Made by a program: the position numbers and the translations under genes. Shown here piece after piece: positions 47,590 to 57,473 of a stretch of DNA of 64,000 nt (position 1 is its first letter; every line of letters begins with the position of its first letter). Origin of the DNA: Thermoanaerobaculia bacterium (GTDB taxonomy: Bacteria; Acidobacteriota; Thermoanaerobaculia; Gp7-AA8); assembly GCA_963715895.1 (NCBI GenBank), contig OY970284.1, positions 5,069,777 through 5,133,776 of the forward strand. Reading direction: 5' to 3'. The notes beneath the pieces were generated by a model that worked only from the letters and a program-made list of their open reading frames with translations, had not been told where the DNA came from and did no database searches.

Positions 47590-48582
47590 ATGACACTCCT
47601 TGACGAAGGACAGACCATGACGTCGCCGAAGCCGCTTCCGCCATTCAAGCCGAGGCGGTTCACATACCACGCCGCGTTCTCGTACTCCTCGACGAACGAG
47701 CGCTATGTCAGTCGTGTGCTAGCTGCGCTGCTTCCGAAGGGAATCAAGATCTTCGACTACAAGACCGAGGAAGGGAACATCGCTGTAGCGGGCCACACGA
47801 TAGAGTATCTCGAGCATATCTATGAATACGAGGCGATGTTGGTCTTCGCCTTCCTCTCGAAAGCGTACGCCGATAGCGATTTTACGAAAGACGAGTGGGA
47901 GGCTGCGAGCCGCGCCACGAAGCGCAAGCCCAGATACCTCATCCCGGTACTTTTTGACGAAACGCTTGAAGAAACGGGGATGTCCGTGTCGAGCATCTGC
48001 CTCGGCGGAAAACTTTCGGCTGAGGAGCTGGCCGTTCGGATCGAAGGCGCAATCCGCCTTCCGCCGCCGAAGCCGTGGTGGTTCTACCTGTCGACGGAGA
48101 TGAAAGCCGCCACGGCCGCCGCGCTGTTCGCGCTGATCGTCGCCCTCATCCTGATCCAACCCTCCCGGACAAAGATCCTGTCCGCCGATGCGAACGCGCA
48201 GGCGATCACCGCCCACATCGCGAATATCGGACCGAAAAGCGCTACAGTCGTCGGACAGCGGCTGAAGTTCGGCGCGCTCCCGATCGAGGACGCGGAACTG
48301 GGTATCGACAACACGAGGATCGCTCCCGGCGTGCACGATGTGACACTGACCACAATGGAGATCCTGACCAAATGCAACGACGATGGCATCCGCCCGAACA
48401 AACACAAGGTCGAGGGACTCCTCGATCAGCAGCCCGCCAAGCTCGTCACGCTCGAAGTCGATATCCAGGAGTCCAACGACGCTCCCGGCCGATCGACGCG
48501 GCAGGTCGTGATGTTGCCAGCCGCGCGTCTCAAACCTCTCGTCGAAAGGTTGGTATCGGGCCGTGATACGCAATGTCCATAA
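47590..48582 (+). CDS. TIR-domain transmembrane protein
   Basis: N-terminal TIR (AAFSYS...FLSKAY.DS.FTKDEW...LIPV), one TM (AAALFALIVALILI), C-terminal beta-rich domain. Confidence 0.8.
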   Translation: MTLLDEGQTMTSPKPLPPFKPRRFTYHAAFSYSSTNERYVSRVLAALLPKGIKIFDYKTEEGNIAVAGHTIEYLEHIYEYEAMLVFAFLSKAYADSDFTKDEWEAASRATKRKPRYLIPVLFDETLEETGMSVSSICLGGKLSAEELAVRIEGAIRLPPPKPWWFYLSTEMKAATAAALFALIVALILIQPSRTKILSADANAQAITAHIANIGPKSATVVGQRLKFGALPIEDAELGIDNTRIAPGVHDVTLTTMEILTKCNDDGIRPNKHKVEGLLDQQPAKLVTLEVDIQESNDAPGRSTRQVVMLPAARLKPLVERLVSGRDTQCP

Positions 48583-49321
48583 GATTCTAGTCTGCGTTCT
48601 CCTCAGCGCGGCTGCGGTGCAGGCCGGGATCACGACTCCGAAAGTGTACGTGCTGGTCTCCGACGATTGTAAAGACTTGAAGGACGTATCCCTCATCATC
48701 AACGGCGACGAAGCGCACAAGATCAATCTCCTCCCCCCGGGAGCTTGCCACTGGACGATCAACCTCGGTGACGGCACGATCTCGACAAGCACAGCGACAT
48801 TCAGTCTTCGCGCCGACTTAAAGCGTTCCGGATGCCAGCGGGCCGCTGCGGACAACGAGACGCGCTACGCCAACATTGAGTTCCATTGCTGCGCCAAGAA
48901 GGGCAAGTTCCGCAATGTGAGTGTGACGATCAAGCCGCCGATGCCAGCCAGCTATGTCCGCCGCGTGCGGCCGTTCCCGGACGATCGGGTTCCCGGGATC
49001 GACTGCCGCGAAAGCGCGCCGTTCGACGAAGGGCAAGGCGTGATCCCCAATACCCTATTCGATCTCGAGGATGTCTATCTCCAACTCGGGCCATACGACC
49101 GGAAACGGCAGGCGCCCGGCCTACTGCACCTCAACGAAATCGTGTTCGAGGACGGCGTGCGCGTGCTGATGCGTGACGACGTGATCTATCGTCTGATGGT
49201 GAAGCGCGCAAGAGGGAAACTGCAGAGTGCGCCGACAACCTCGCCCAACGCCATCTCGCTCGACATCAAGAAGCTCACTGAACTGAAGTTCGAACGCGCC
49301 GAGTTCGAGGTGATCAAGTGA
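48563..49321 (+). CDS. Secreted Cys-containing hypothetical protein
   Basis: Signal peptide (ILVCVLLSAAAVQA), six Cys in the mature part, overlaps the TIR gene end. Confidence 0.65.
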   Translation: MIRNVHKILVCVLLSAAAVQAGITTPKVYVLVSDDCKDLKDVSLIINGDEAHKINLLPPGACHWTINLGDGTISTSTATFSLRADLKRSGCQRAAADNETRYANIEFHCCAKKGKFRNVSVTIKPPMPASYVRRVRPFPDDRVPGIDCRESAPFDEGQGVIPNTLFDLEDVYLQLGPYDRKRQAPGLLHLNEIVFEDGVRVLMRDDVIYRLMVKRARGKLQSAPTTSPNAISLDIKKLTELKFERAEFEVIK

Positions 49322-49354
49322 TGCGACACCATCGCAGGTGAGAAAGGTGGACTC

Positions 49355-49762
49355 ATGCAGCATCGCGCAACCGGAACATTCGAGGTCAAGGTGGAACCCA
49401 TCCCGGCGAACAGCAAAGGGGATCGTCCTTCCGTTCCGCGCTTCACCCTCGACAAACAGTACCGCGGCGATCTTGAAGGGACGAGTCAGGGCGAGATGAT
49501 GACCGTGAATGGCACCGTGGAAGGATCAGCGGCTGCCGTCGCCATCGAGCACTTCAACGGGTCGCTGAACGGCAGAAAGGGATCATTCGCTCTCGTCCAC
49601 AGCAGCACCATGAGGCGGGGCGGCGAATTCTCGATGATCATCCGTGTGGTGCCTGATTCCGGGACCGAACAACTCGAAGGTCTGACCGGCACGCTGGAGA
49701 TCGTCATCGAAGGCGGACAGCACCGCTATCACCTCGATTTCAGCCTTCCGGAATCGAAGTGA
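49355..49762 (+). CDS. DUF3224 family protein
   Basis: ATGTFEVK...K.Y.GDLEG.S.GEM...VVPDSGT..L.GL.G. Confidence 0.88.
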   Translation: MQHRATGTFEVKVEPIPANSKGDRPSVPRFTLDKQYRGDLEGTSQGEMMTVNGTVEGSAAAVAIEHFNGSLNGRKGSFALVHSSTMRRGGEFSMIIRVVPDSGTEQLEGLTGTLEIVIEGGQHRYHLDFSLPESK

Positions 49763-49782
49763 GGACGTGTTGACGCGGTTTC

Positions 49783-51162
49783 TCACGACTTCGTGGCATG
49801 CCGCGCCGCAGCCCTGTCGAGCTCCGATCGGACCGTATTCACCCACGGCAGCTCTTCGTTGCGCCTCTTCCGCGCCTCGGCGATGAGACGCAGATTGCGC
49901 GCGGTCGATTCCGGTTCCCAGCTCGCCCGCACCAGAGGAAGAGCGTTGCCGAGGGCATCGAGCGCCTCCTCTTCGTTGCGCAGCAGGACTGCTGCCTCGA
50001 GAAGGGTCGCGTAATCCCAATAGTCCGGCTGCCCGGCCTCGACGCGCCGGATGGCGGCGTAGCGGACGAGCGGAAGAAGCTCTTCCCGTTTCGGATCGGG
50101 CGGCTCCTTTAGTTCCATGAGCGTGACGGCGTTGATCCCGGGATACGCATCGCGCCAGTCGGCTTCGAATCCTTTCCGGTACGCGCCGATCGCTTTCTCG
50201 AGAAGGCCGCGAGCGAGGATCATCTCGTCCGCCTTCGAGGCCTCCTCCCACCGGTCCTTGTAGACCCGGCCGAGTATGCCGTAGGTTTCACTGCTCGGCC
50301 CGCGCCTGGCGATGAGCTCGAGGAGGATCTTCTCCGCCTCATCGCCTCGCCCGGCGCTGTTGAGCGCGAGCGCGAGTTGCTCCTGCACCATCACCGAATC
50401 GGCCAGCGGCCTCGGCATACGCCCCGCCAGGTCAATCATCGCCTGCCACGCCTTCACGCTCCGGTACGTCAGGAAGAGGTCGAGCAATACACCGACGTCG
50501 GCATATTCGATGTCACCGAGCGACCGTTCGAAGGCAGCAAGGGCGCTCTCGCCCCCTTTCTTTGCCTCGCCGATCTTCCGGTGCCGGTCATCAGAGTCCG
50601 CTACGGCCTGCTGGAAGGAATCGGTCTTCAGATGCTCGACATCGGGGAACGGGAAATCATGGACGAGAGCTCGTATCGGACTGTCGCCACCCTCTCTCTC
50701 CTTCACCGCCGCTTCCTTCGCGGCGAGAAGAGCCTTCGTCAGCATCTGGCACTCATCCGCGGCGTTCTGCGGCACACCGGCTTTGTCGAGCGTATACGGC
50801 ATAGCACGAAGTAGATTGAGATCGAACGGCAACTGACCTCTCCCCTGGGCAAAGATCAGCACCGTCGTTCGCGGCCGCACCGCGTGGCGGACGCCGAGCT
50901 CGTAGGCCACGTTTGCATTCGCGCTGGTCAGGTCGCCGACCGCGAAGCGGCAGAGGATGAGCCGTTCGAACATGGCCTTGTGAATGACGCCGCCGCCCGG
51001 CTCGTGGTCGGCGCGCAAGGGCTCGAGACCGGCAGCGACGATGGCCGGGGCGATCAGGTCGCGATAGACAGCGTCGAAGTCGACGATACCGGCAATGTCC
51101 GCCTTCTTGCCGAACAGCATGACCACGAAGCAGAGATCGTTCATGCGGACGATTCCAGTCAT
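49783..51162 (-). CDS. DUF4071 (MAP3K TRAF-binding-like TPR) protein with N-terminal deoxyribohydrolase-like domain
   Basis: CFV.M.FG.K...DFD.VY...RAD...DL...NANV.YELGVRHA; ET.G.LGRVYKD.W; YPGINA; DYWDYAT. Confidence 0.85.
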   Translation of the reverse strand: MTGIVRMNDLCFVVMLFGKKADIAGIVDFDAVYRDLIAPAIVAAGLEPLRADHEPGGGVIHKAMFERLILCRFAVGDLTSANANVAYELGVRHAVRPRTTVLIFAQGRGQLPFDLNLLRAMPYTLDKAGVPQNAADECQMLTKALLAAKEAAVKEREGGDSPIRALVHDFPFPDVEHLKTDSFQQAVADSDDRHRKIGEAKKGGESALAAFERSLGDIEYADVGVLLDLFLTYRSVKAWQAMIDLAGRMPRPLADSVMVQEQLALALNSAGRGDEAEKILLELIARRGPSSETYGILGRVYKDRWEEASKADEMILARGLLEKAIGAYRKGFEADWRDAYPGINAVTLMELKEPPDPKREELLPLVRYAAIRRVEAGQPDYWDYATLLEAAVLLRNEEEALDALGNALPLVRASWEPESTARNLRLIAEARKRRNEELPWVNTVRSELDRAAARHATKS

Positions 51163-51201
51163 TCACGACCAGTCACGAAACCGGATGTCGTTCGTCCCTT
51201 C

Positions 51202-52005
51202 TCAATTTCCCCTCTCGGCCGCTACCGATTCCTCCTGGTGAAGAAGCGATCGCACTTCCTCCGGGACTTCAAGCGTTGGTGGCGCTCCGGGGATGGCCAG
51301 GAGGAAGCCCTGGACCAGCGAGATGTTCATCGCGCGCAGCGTGAACAGGTCCTCCATCCTTTCCACCCCCTCGGCGATGACGGCGCAGTCGAGTCTCACG
51401 CCTATATGCTGGACCGACTCGATGAGCGCGCGGCGGCGGTGGTCTTCGGCGCAGCCGTGGATGAAGTAGCGGTCGAGCTTCAGATAGTCGGGATGGGCGT
51501 CGAGGATGAGCCGGTAGTTTCCGTGGCCGAGGCCGAGGTCGTCGATGCTGATCCGGACGCCGAGGGAACGGAGGTCGTCGAGCGCCCGGATGAGATGCGT
51601 CGAGTCGAAATACGTCGACTGCTCGATGATCTCCACGACCAGATCGCACGTATCGATCCCGTAATCGGAAGCGGTTCTCTCCACATAGGCAGGGAAGGTG
51701 CGGTCGCGCTCGAGCGTCCCGGCGTGCACGTTCACCGTCAGGCGGGGAATGGATTGCGGCAGGAGGCGTTGGCGCGCGGCGAAGGCCGCGGCGATGCAGC
51801 AGCGGTCCGCGGCCACCTCTTCCTGTTTCAGTCGGATGTAGTCGAAGAGCACGGAGGCGCGCTCGAAATGCGTGCCGGCCGGTCCGCGCGTGAGCGCCTC
51901 GAGTCCCCAGACCTCGCAGTCCGGAGAGGAGATGTCGAAGATCGGTTGAAATACTGTCGAAAGCTGCTGCCCATTGAGTAGGAGACCGAGCTTCTCACTG
52001 ATCAC
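51202..52005 (-). CDS. EAL-domain c-di-GMP phosphodiesterase
   Basis: FQPI, EALTR, VNV, EIIE, IDDLG, KLDR, AEGVE, QGF; GTG start overlaps the RR stop. Confidence 0.9.
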   Translation of the reverse strand: MISEKLGLLLNGQQLSTVFQPIFDISSPDCEVWGLEALTRGPAGTHFERASVLFDYIRLKQEEVAADRCCIAAAFAARQRLLPQSIPRLTVNVHAGTLERDRTFPAYVERTASDYGIDTCDLVVEIIEQSTYFDSTHLIRALDDLRSLGVRISIDDLGLGHGNYRLILDAHPDYLKLDRYFIHGCAEDHRRRALIESVQHIGVRLDCAVIAEGVERMEDLFTLRAMNISLVQGFLLAIPGAPPTLEVPEEVRSLLHQEESVAAERGN

Positions 52006-52379
52006 GCCGGTACCTCGGCGACCGCGGTGAGTGCTGCGGCCAGAACCGCCAGCGACGTAGGCTTCTGCAGAACGACGGCGGCGCCGAGGCGGAGGGCCTC
52101 CGCCTGGAGCTCGGGCGTGCTGTGCGCCGTCATCACCACCAGCCGCACGTCGAGCGCCCGCTCGCGGATGAACGAGAGGACCCGCAAGCCGTCCGCCTCC
52201 TGAAGCGGAGAGATATAGATGTCGGTGAGGACGACGTCGAAGTGGACGTTCGCCAGAAGCGCCTGCGCTTCGGCCACCTCGGCCACACACTCGCAGATGA
52301 AGCCGCGCTGTTCGAGATAGTCGCGAAGGGCCGTCATCAGCGCGGGCTCGTCGTCGATGATGAGAATTTTAGAAGACAT
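52002..52379 (-). CDS. Single-domain response regulator
   Basis: ILIIDDE...VLTDI...VMTA...LQKP. Confidence 0.88.
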   Translation of the reverse strand: MSSKILIIDDEPALMTALRDYLEQRGFICECVAEVAEAQALLANVHFDVVLTDIYISPLQEADGLRVLSFIRERALDVRLVVMTAHSTPELQAEALRLGAAVVLQKPTSLAVLAAALTAVAEVPA

Positions 52380-52489
52380 CGATGTCCATGGTGACGCTCC
52401 AGCGCAACGGACGTGCCATCGGCGGGTGCTCACGCCGCGGCGAAGAGATGAGGGTCAGGCCGTCCTGATTCCGGAAAACGGTCCGGGAT

Positions 52490-53833
52490 TCAGACTCCCC
52501 CCTTGTACGATTTCATTTTCTGATACAGCGTGCTGCGTGGAATTCCGAGGCGCACAGCGGCGCGCTCCACGTTCCCGCTCTCCTCGCCGACCACGCGGAG
52601 GACGTGCAGTCGCTCGACGTCGGCCAGCTTGTCCGCGGCGTTGGAGACCGCCCCCAGACCGCGCCCGTCGAAATCGAACCGGAGGTCGGCGGCGGCGATG
52701 GTCTCTCCGTGCGACAGCAGCAAGGCCCGCTCGATGACGTTCCGCAGCTCGCGCACGTTGCCCGGCCAGGAGTAGCTCTCGAGGGCGGCGATGGCGTCGC
52801 GCCGCAACCGCCGCTCCGTCGCACCGATCTCCGATCCGAGCGACCGGAGGAACGTCTCGGCCAGCATGGGGATGTCCTCCACCCGGCGCCGCAGCGGCGG
52901 TACGTTCAACGTGATCGTGCTGATGCGGAAATAGAGATCGCTACGGAACTTCTCCTCGCGTGCCAGCGCCACCAGATCGCGGTGCGTGGCGGCGATGAGG
53001 CGGATGTCGGAGTAGCGGTCGTGCAGCTCCCCCACCCGGCGGAATTGCTTCTCCTCCACCACCTTCAGCAGCTTGGCCTGCATCGGAAGGTCCATGTCGC
53101 CGATCTCGTCGAGAAAGACGCTGCCGCCGTCGGCAATCTCGAGCAGGCCGGCCTTCTTCGTCACGGCGCCGGTGAAGGCACCGCGCTCGTGGCCGAAGAG
53201 CTCCGACTCCACGAGGTCGCGTGCGAAGCCGGCGCAGTTCAGCTCCACGAACGGCTCGTCGCCGCGGGGGCTGCTGCGATGCAGCCAGCGCGCGAGAACG
53301 CCTTTCCCCGATCCGGTCTCACCGCAGACGAGCACCGTGCGGTCCGAGCCTGCCACGCTCTCGGCATCGGCGCGCAGCCGCTGGAGCGCCTCGCTCGTCC
53401 CGACGAACGGATCGACGGCGCGCACCGCGGAGCGCGAGCGGACGGCGGCGTCGCGTTTCAGCACTTTCCGGGAAGCGAGCAGGCGTTGCAGGATGACCAG
53501 CAGCGTGGCCAGTTCCACCGGCTTGGTGAGGAAGTGGTCGGCGCCGAGCTTCACCGCCGTCACGGCCAGATCGACGGAGGCGTGCCCGGTCAGGACCACC
53601 ACCGGCAGCGTCGGATGAACGGCCTTGATCTCCGACAGCAGCGTCAGCGTGTCGCCGTCCGGCAGCCGGTAATCGAGGACGATCGCGTCGGGATGCGCGG
53701 TGCGAAGCGCAGAGCGCGCGGATCGGACGTCGGCCGCTTCCTCCACGGTCCAGCCCTGCACCTCCAGATAGTCGCGGACGGCGAAACGGATCGCTGCTTC
53801 ATCGTCGACGAGCAGAACGCTGGGGCGCTTCAT
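52490..53833 (-). CDS. Sigma-54-dependent NtrC/AtoC-family response regulator
   Basis: REC domain, GETGSGK, GAFTGA, FLDEIG, WPGNVRELRN, Fis HTH. Confidence 0.95.
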   Translation of the reverse strand: MKRPSVLLVDDEAAIRFAVRDYLEVQGWTVEEAADVRSARSALRTAHPDAIVLDYRLPDGDTLTLLSEIKAVHPTLPVVVLTGHASVDLAVTAVKLGADHFLTKPVELATLLVILQRLLASRKVLKRDAAVRSRSAVRAVDPFVGTSEALQRLRADAESVAGSDRTVLVCGETGSGKGVLARWLHRSSPRGDEPFVELNCAGFARDLVESELFGHERGAFTGAVTKKAGLLEIADGGSVFLDEIGDMDLPMQAKLLKVVEEKQFRRVGELHDRYSDIRLIAATHRDLVALAREEKFRSDLYFRISTITLNVPPLRRRVEDIPMLAETFLRSLGSEIGATERRLRRDAIAALESYSWPGNVRELRNVIERALLLSHGETIAAADLRFDFDGRGLGAVSNAADKLADVERLHVLRVVGEESGNVERAAVRLGIPRSTLYQKMKSYKGGV

Positions 53834-56700
53834 CCGGCCGCGGAGCCCCCGCGTCGCCGGGCAACCTCATTCGAATTCTCAGAATCTCCCGTCGCCGCCG
53901 TGGCGCGCGCGGCCGGTATGACGATCGTCACCACCGCCCCATCCGCGTCCTGGCGGTTGGCGATCGTGATCTCGCCGTGGTGCGCGGCGACGATCTTCCG
54001 GGTGATGGAGAGTCCGAGCCCGATGCCTCCCTTGCGCCGGCTGTAGAACGGCGCGAAGACCCGCTCGGTCTCCTCGGTCTGCAGTCCCGGACCTTCGTCG
54101 GTGACCATGCAAACGATCTCCTCGCCGCGGCTCATCGCCGCGACGCGAACCTCGGAACCGTCGGGCGAAAGCTGGACGGCATTGGCGATCACGTTCTGGA
54201 AAACCTGCTCCATGCGCGCGCTGTCGATCCGGGCATCGGGCAAACCGTCTTCGATGGAGGTGACGATGCGGATCCCCCGCGCCGTGGCGGCGACGAAGCA
54301 CTCGCAGACGGCGGCGGCGATCGGCGTGGCGATCGGCGCCGCGTGCATCGCCAGCGCGGGCGGCTTTCCGTACTCGAGAAGGTCGCCCATGAGGCGGTTC
54401 AGACGGTCCACCTCCTCGCGCAGCGGGACGATGTAGCGGCGCAGGTGCGGCGTCTCGCCGAGGCGCGCCTCCCACGCGTCGAGTGTGGCGGAGATCGTAA
54501 AGAGCGGATTGCGGACCTCGTGCGCGACGCCGCCGACGATCGCACCGAGCGTGGCCGCGATCTCCGTCTGCCGGAGCGATTCCTCCAGACTGGTGACCAG
54601 GGTCAGGTCGTACACGACCACCGTGACCAGCCGCTCGGTTCTGTCCAGATCGGTCACGAAGCTCGAGACCTGCCACACCGACCCGATCTCAGGATCGGTG
54701 GCGCGCGACTCCGCCGAGCGTCCGAAGTCGTTCGCGTAGCGCGCCAGCCGGCTTACCGTCTGCCACGGCTCGCCCGGGAGGTCGCCGACAGGACGGTGCA
54801 GCAATTCCTGGAAGGGAAGCTTTGCCAGCCGCTGCGCGGCCCGGTTGAGCCGGCGAATCTCCCCCTTGCCGTCGAGCAGGATGATCGGAACCTGCACCGC
54901 GTCGAAGGTCTGCCGCCATTCCTCGGCGACGTTCGACACGGTGTTGAAGATTTCCTGCTGCGTCGACTCGTACCGCTTCAGCTCCGTGACGTCGCGGGTG
55001 ATCTTGGCGAATCCGCGCAGCGCCCCGTTCTCATCGACGATGCGCGTCACCGTCACCGCGCCACGGAAGCGGCTGCCGTCTTTGCGGACACGCCATCCTT
55101 CGAGCTCGGCGCGCCCCTCCTCCGCCGCCATCAACAGCTCGGCCGCGGCGGCCGGCACGTCTTCAGGGAGGAAGAAGATCGAGGTATCGCGGCCGAGAAT
55201 CTCCGTGGCCGAGTAGCCGGTGATCCGCTGCGCTCCTTCGTTCCAGCTCACCACCTTCCCTTCGCTGTCCAGCATGAAGATGGCGTAATCGGTCACGCTC
55301 TCGAGAAGGAGGCGGAAGCGCTCCTCGCTCTCGCGCATCGACCGCTCGGCGGCGCGGCGCCGGGTAACGTCGCGGTTGATGCTGAGAATGACCTTCCGGC
55401 CGCCGTACCACGCCTCCGCTGCGTTGATCTCGACGTCCATGATCGTGCCGTCGCGGCGGTATTGCTGCGATTCCATCGAGGAGTAACGGCCTGACTCCTC
55501 GTGCATCGTGCGCAGCATGCGCTTGCCGCGTGAGGGATCGACGGAGAGGGTCTCCATCGACCGGCCCACCAGCTCGCCCCGCGGAAAGTCGTACATGATG
55601 CAGGCTTGGTCGTTGGCGTCGAGTACCTCCTCGGTCACCGGATCGAGGACGAGGATAGGGTCGTAGGCGTGCTCGAAAAGGCCGCGGTATTCGCGCTCCG
55701 ATTCGCGGAGCGCCTCGATCATCCGCTTCCGCTCGGTGACATCCCGCGCCAGTCCCTGGCAGCCGATCAGCGTTCCCGAGGCGTCGAAACGTGCCGCGGC
55801 GGTGATGAGGCAATCGAGAATGCGGCCATCGCTCGCCACCAGGCGCAACTCGTAATCGATGACGAAGCCACGCCGCAGCGCGTGCATGAACGGAGCGATG
55901 TCGTCGGCGTCGGCGACGAGATCCCGCAACGGCTTGCCGATCATGGCCTCGCGCGAGGCGCCGAACAGCGCCAGCCCGGCGGTATTGACGTCGAGGACGG
56001 CCCCGTTCTCCGTGATCAGCGCCGCGTCGCGGATCTGCTCGAACAGTTCCGTATAGCGGGCGGAGGTCCGGCCGAGCTCACGCTGCGCGGCCACGCGGTC
56101 GCTGACCGATCTCCGGCTGAGGATCGCCAGAAACAGCAGCATCGCGCAGGCGCTTGCCAGCAGCAGCGACAGGGCGCCCATGAGAATGCCGTGGCGGCGC
56201 ATGCGGTCGGTGTAGAACTGGCGCGCCATGTCCTCGACGTCGTGCATGCGCACGAAGGCGTCGGTCGTGACGGCGTTCCGGGTCCGCGCGTCAAGTGTGG
56301 CACTCGACGATAGCGATCGGCGCACCCTGGTCAGTTGATCGACGATCCGAGGCTGGATGGTGTCGAAGAGGTCGCTCTCCTGTTCCAGGCTCCACAGGTC
56401 GTTCGTCGCCTGAGCAGCCAGACGGGAGATATCGCCCTTCCCTTCGAAGGGTCCCACCGATGCCTCGTGCAGCTCACCGAGCGACCGCTCCGCTGCCGTG
56501 ACCAGGACGAAGAAGCGCACGCGCTGCTCCATCATCTGGTGCTGCCGGACCGCGAGAAAGATCAGCCACGCCGAGAGGATCGTGAGAACCACGACGACGC
56601 CGATCGTCATCGAGAGAAAACGCGGGCGCCAGACCCGGCCGGCGGGTGAGATCGAAGGGGACATTGATTGTTGGGAGGTCTGGAGGTCTGGACCGGCCAC
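53830..56700 (-). CDS. Membrane PAS-domain sensor histidine kinase
   Basis: Two TMs, about four PAS/PAC domains, H-box AHEVRNPL, N/G boxes (NA, DEGPG, GIGLGL). Confidence 0.93.
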   Translation of the reverse strand: MAGPDLQTSQQSMSPSISPAGRVWRPRFLSMTIGVVVVLTILSAWLIFLAVRQHQMMEQRVRFFVLVTAAERSLGELHEASVGPFEGKGDISRLAAQATNDLWSLEQESDLFDTIQPRIVDQLTRVRRSLSSSATLDARTRNAVTTDAFVRMHDVEDMARQFYTDRMRRHGILMGALSLLLASACAMLLFLAILSRRSVSDRVAAQRELGRTSARYTELFEQIRDAALITENGAVLDVNTAGLALFGASREAMIGKPLRDLVADADDIAPFMHALRRGFVIDYELRLVASDGRILDCLITAAARFDASGTLIGCQGLARDVTERKRMIEALRESEREYRGLFEHAYDPILVLDPVTEEVLDANDQACIMYDFPRGELVGRSMETLSVDPSRGKRMLRTMHEESGRYSSMESQQYRRDGTIMDVEINAAEAWYGGRKVILSINRDVTRRRAAERSMRESEERFRLLLESVTDYAIFMLDSEGKVVSWNEGAQRITGYSATEILGRDTSIFFLPEDVPAAAAELLMAAEEGRAELEGWRVRKDGSRFRGAVTVTRIVDENGALRGFAKITRDVTELKRYESTQQEIFNTVSNVAEEWRQTFDAVQVPIILLDGKGEIRRLNRAAQRLAKLPFQELLHRPVGDLPGEPWQTVSRLARYANDFGRSAESRATDPEIGSVWQVSSFVTDLDRTERLVTVVVYDLTLVTSLEESLRQTEIAATLGAIVGGVAHEVRNPLFTISATLDAWEARLGETPHLRRYIVPLREEVDRLNRLMGDLLEYGKPPALAMHAAPIATPIAAAVCECFVAATARGIRIVTSIEDGLPDARIDSARMEQVFQNVIANAVQLSPDGSEVRVAAMSRGEEIVCMVTDEGPGLQTEETERVFAPFYSRRKGGIGLGLSITRKIVAAHHGEITIANRQDADGAVVTIVIPAARATAATGDSENSNEVARRRGGSAAG

Positions 56701-56792
56701 CCGGGCGAAATATACCGCCCCGGATGCTCGCCTGACTACTTATTTGAGCCCGGTGGGTAGGGAAATGTCCGCTTGAAGACCCTTGTAGGTGT

Positions 56793-57170
56793 ATGCACGT
56801 CCTCTCGGCACTCTCCAAGCCGGCGGCATCGGCCGCCTGTGCGGACTATTTCGTCACCCTCGGCTGGGAGGTCGACAGCATCACCGAGCCGGCGATTGCC
56901 GAGCGCATGCTCACCTTTCGCCGGTACGACGCCGTCATCACCGACCTTCAGTTCGATGGCTTGTGCTGCACGGCCGGGCTGGACGTCGTTCGCGCGGCCA
57001 AACGGCGCGGCCGGAACCCGGTGGTGGTGGTGCTGGCTACGGTGGTCTCGGAGGAAGTGCTGTCCGAGACGCACGCCGCCGGCGCCGACTGCCTCCTGCT
57101 GAAGCCCCAAAGTCTCGACGTCATCGCCGCGCAATTGAGCGCGCGAGTGCCGGCCGCCGGCGCGAAGTAG
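56793..57170 (+). CDS. Atypical single-domain response regulator
   Basis: YDAVITD...GLDV...LLKP present; N-terminal acidic pair absent. Confidence 0.7.
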   Translation: MHVLSALSKPAASAACADYFVTLGWEVDSITEPAIAERMLTFRRYDAVITDLQFDGLCCTAGLDVVRAAKRRGRNPVVVVLATVVSEEVLSETHAAGADCLLLKPQSLDVIAAQLSARVPAAGAK

Positions 57171-57473
57171 ACTGAACCGGAGCGCTGGCGTCTCGCCGCT
57201 GAGGTCTTGAAGATAGGCATCCGTCACGTCTTGGTCGCGTCGTAGAGCCGCAAGTGCTCCGACAAACCAGCAACGGTGCTTCGTTGTATCCTTCCACCTT
57301 CTCCCGACATTTGAAGTGACGTCCGGACCGATTCGCTTGCGAACAGGGATTCCTTTTTTCGAAGGGGTTCCGCGCTGAACTGCGCGAAAAGGTCCGTCTA
57401 TCGACTTCGAGAGATGACGGGAATGGCAGGAGCTGCAACCTTGACGTTTGGATACCACCGACCGCAGCGGGTC

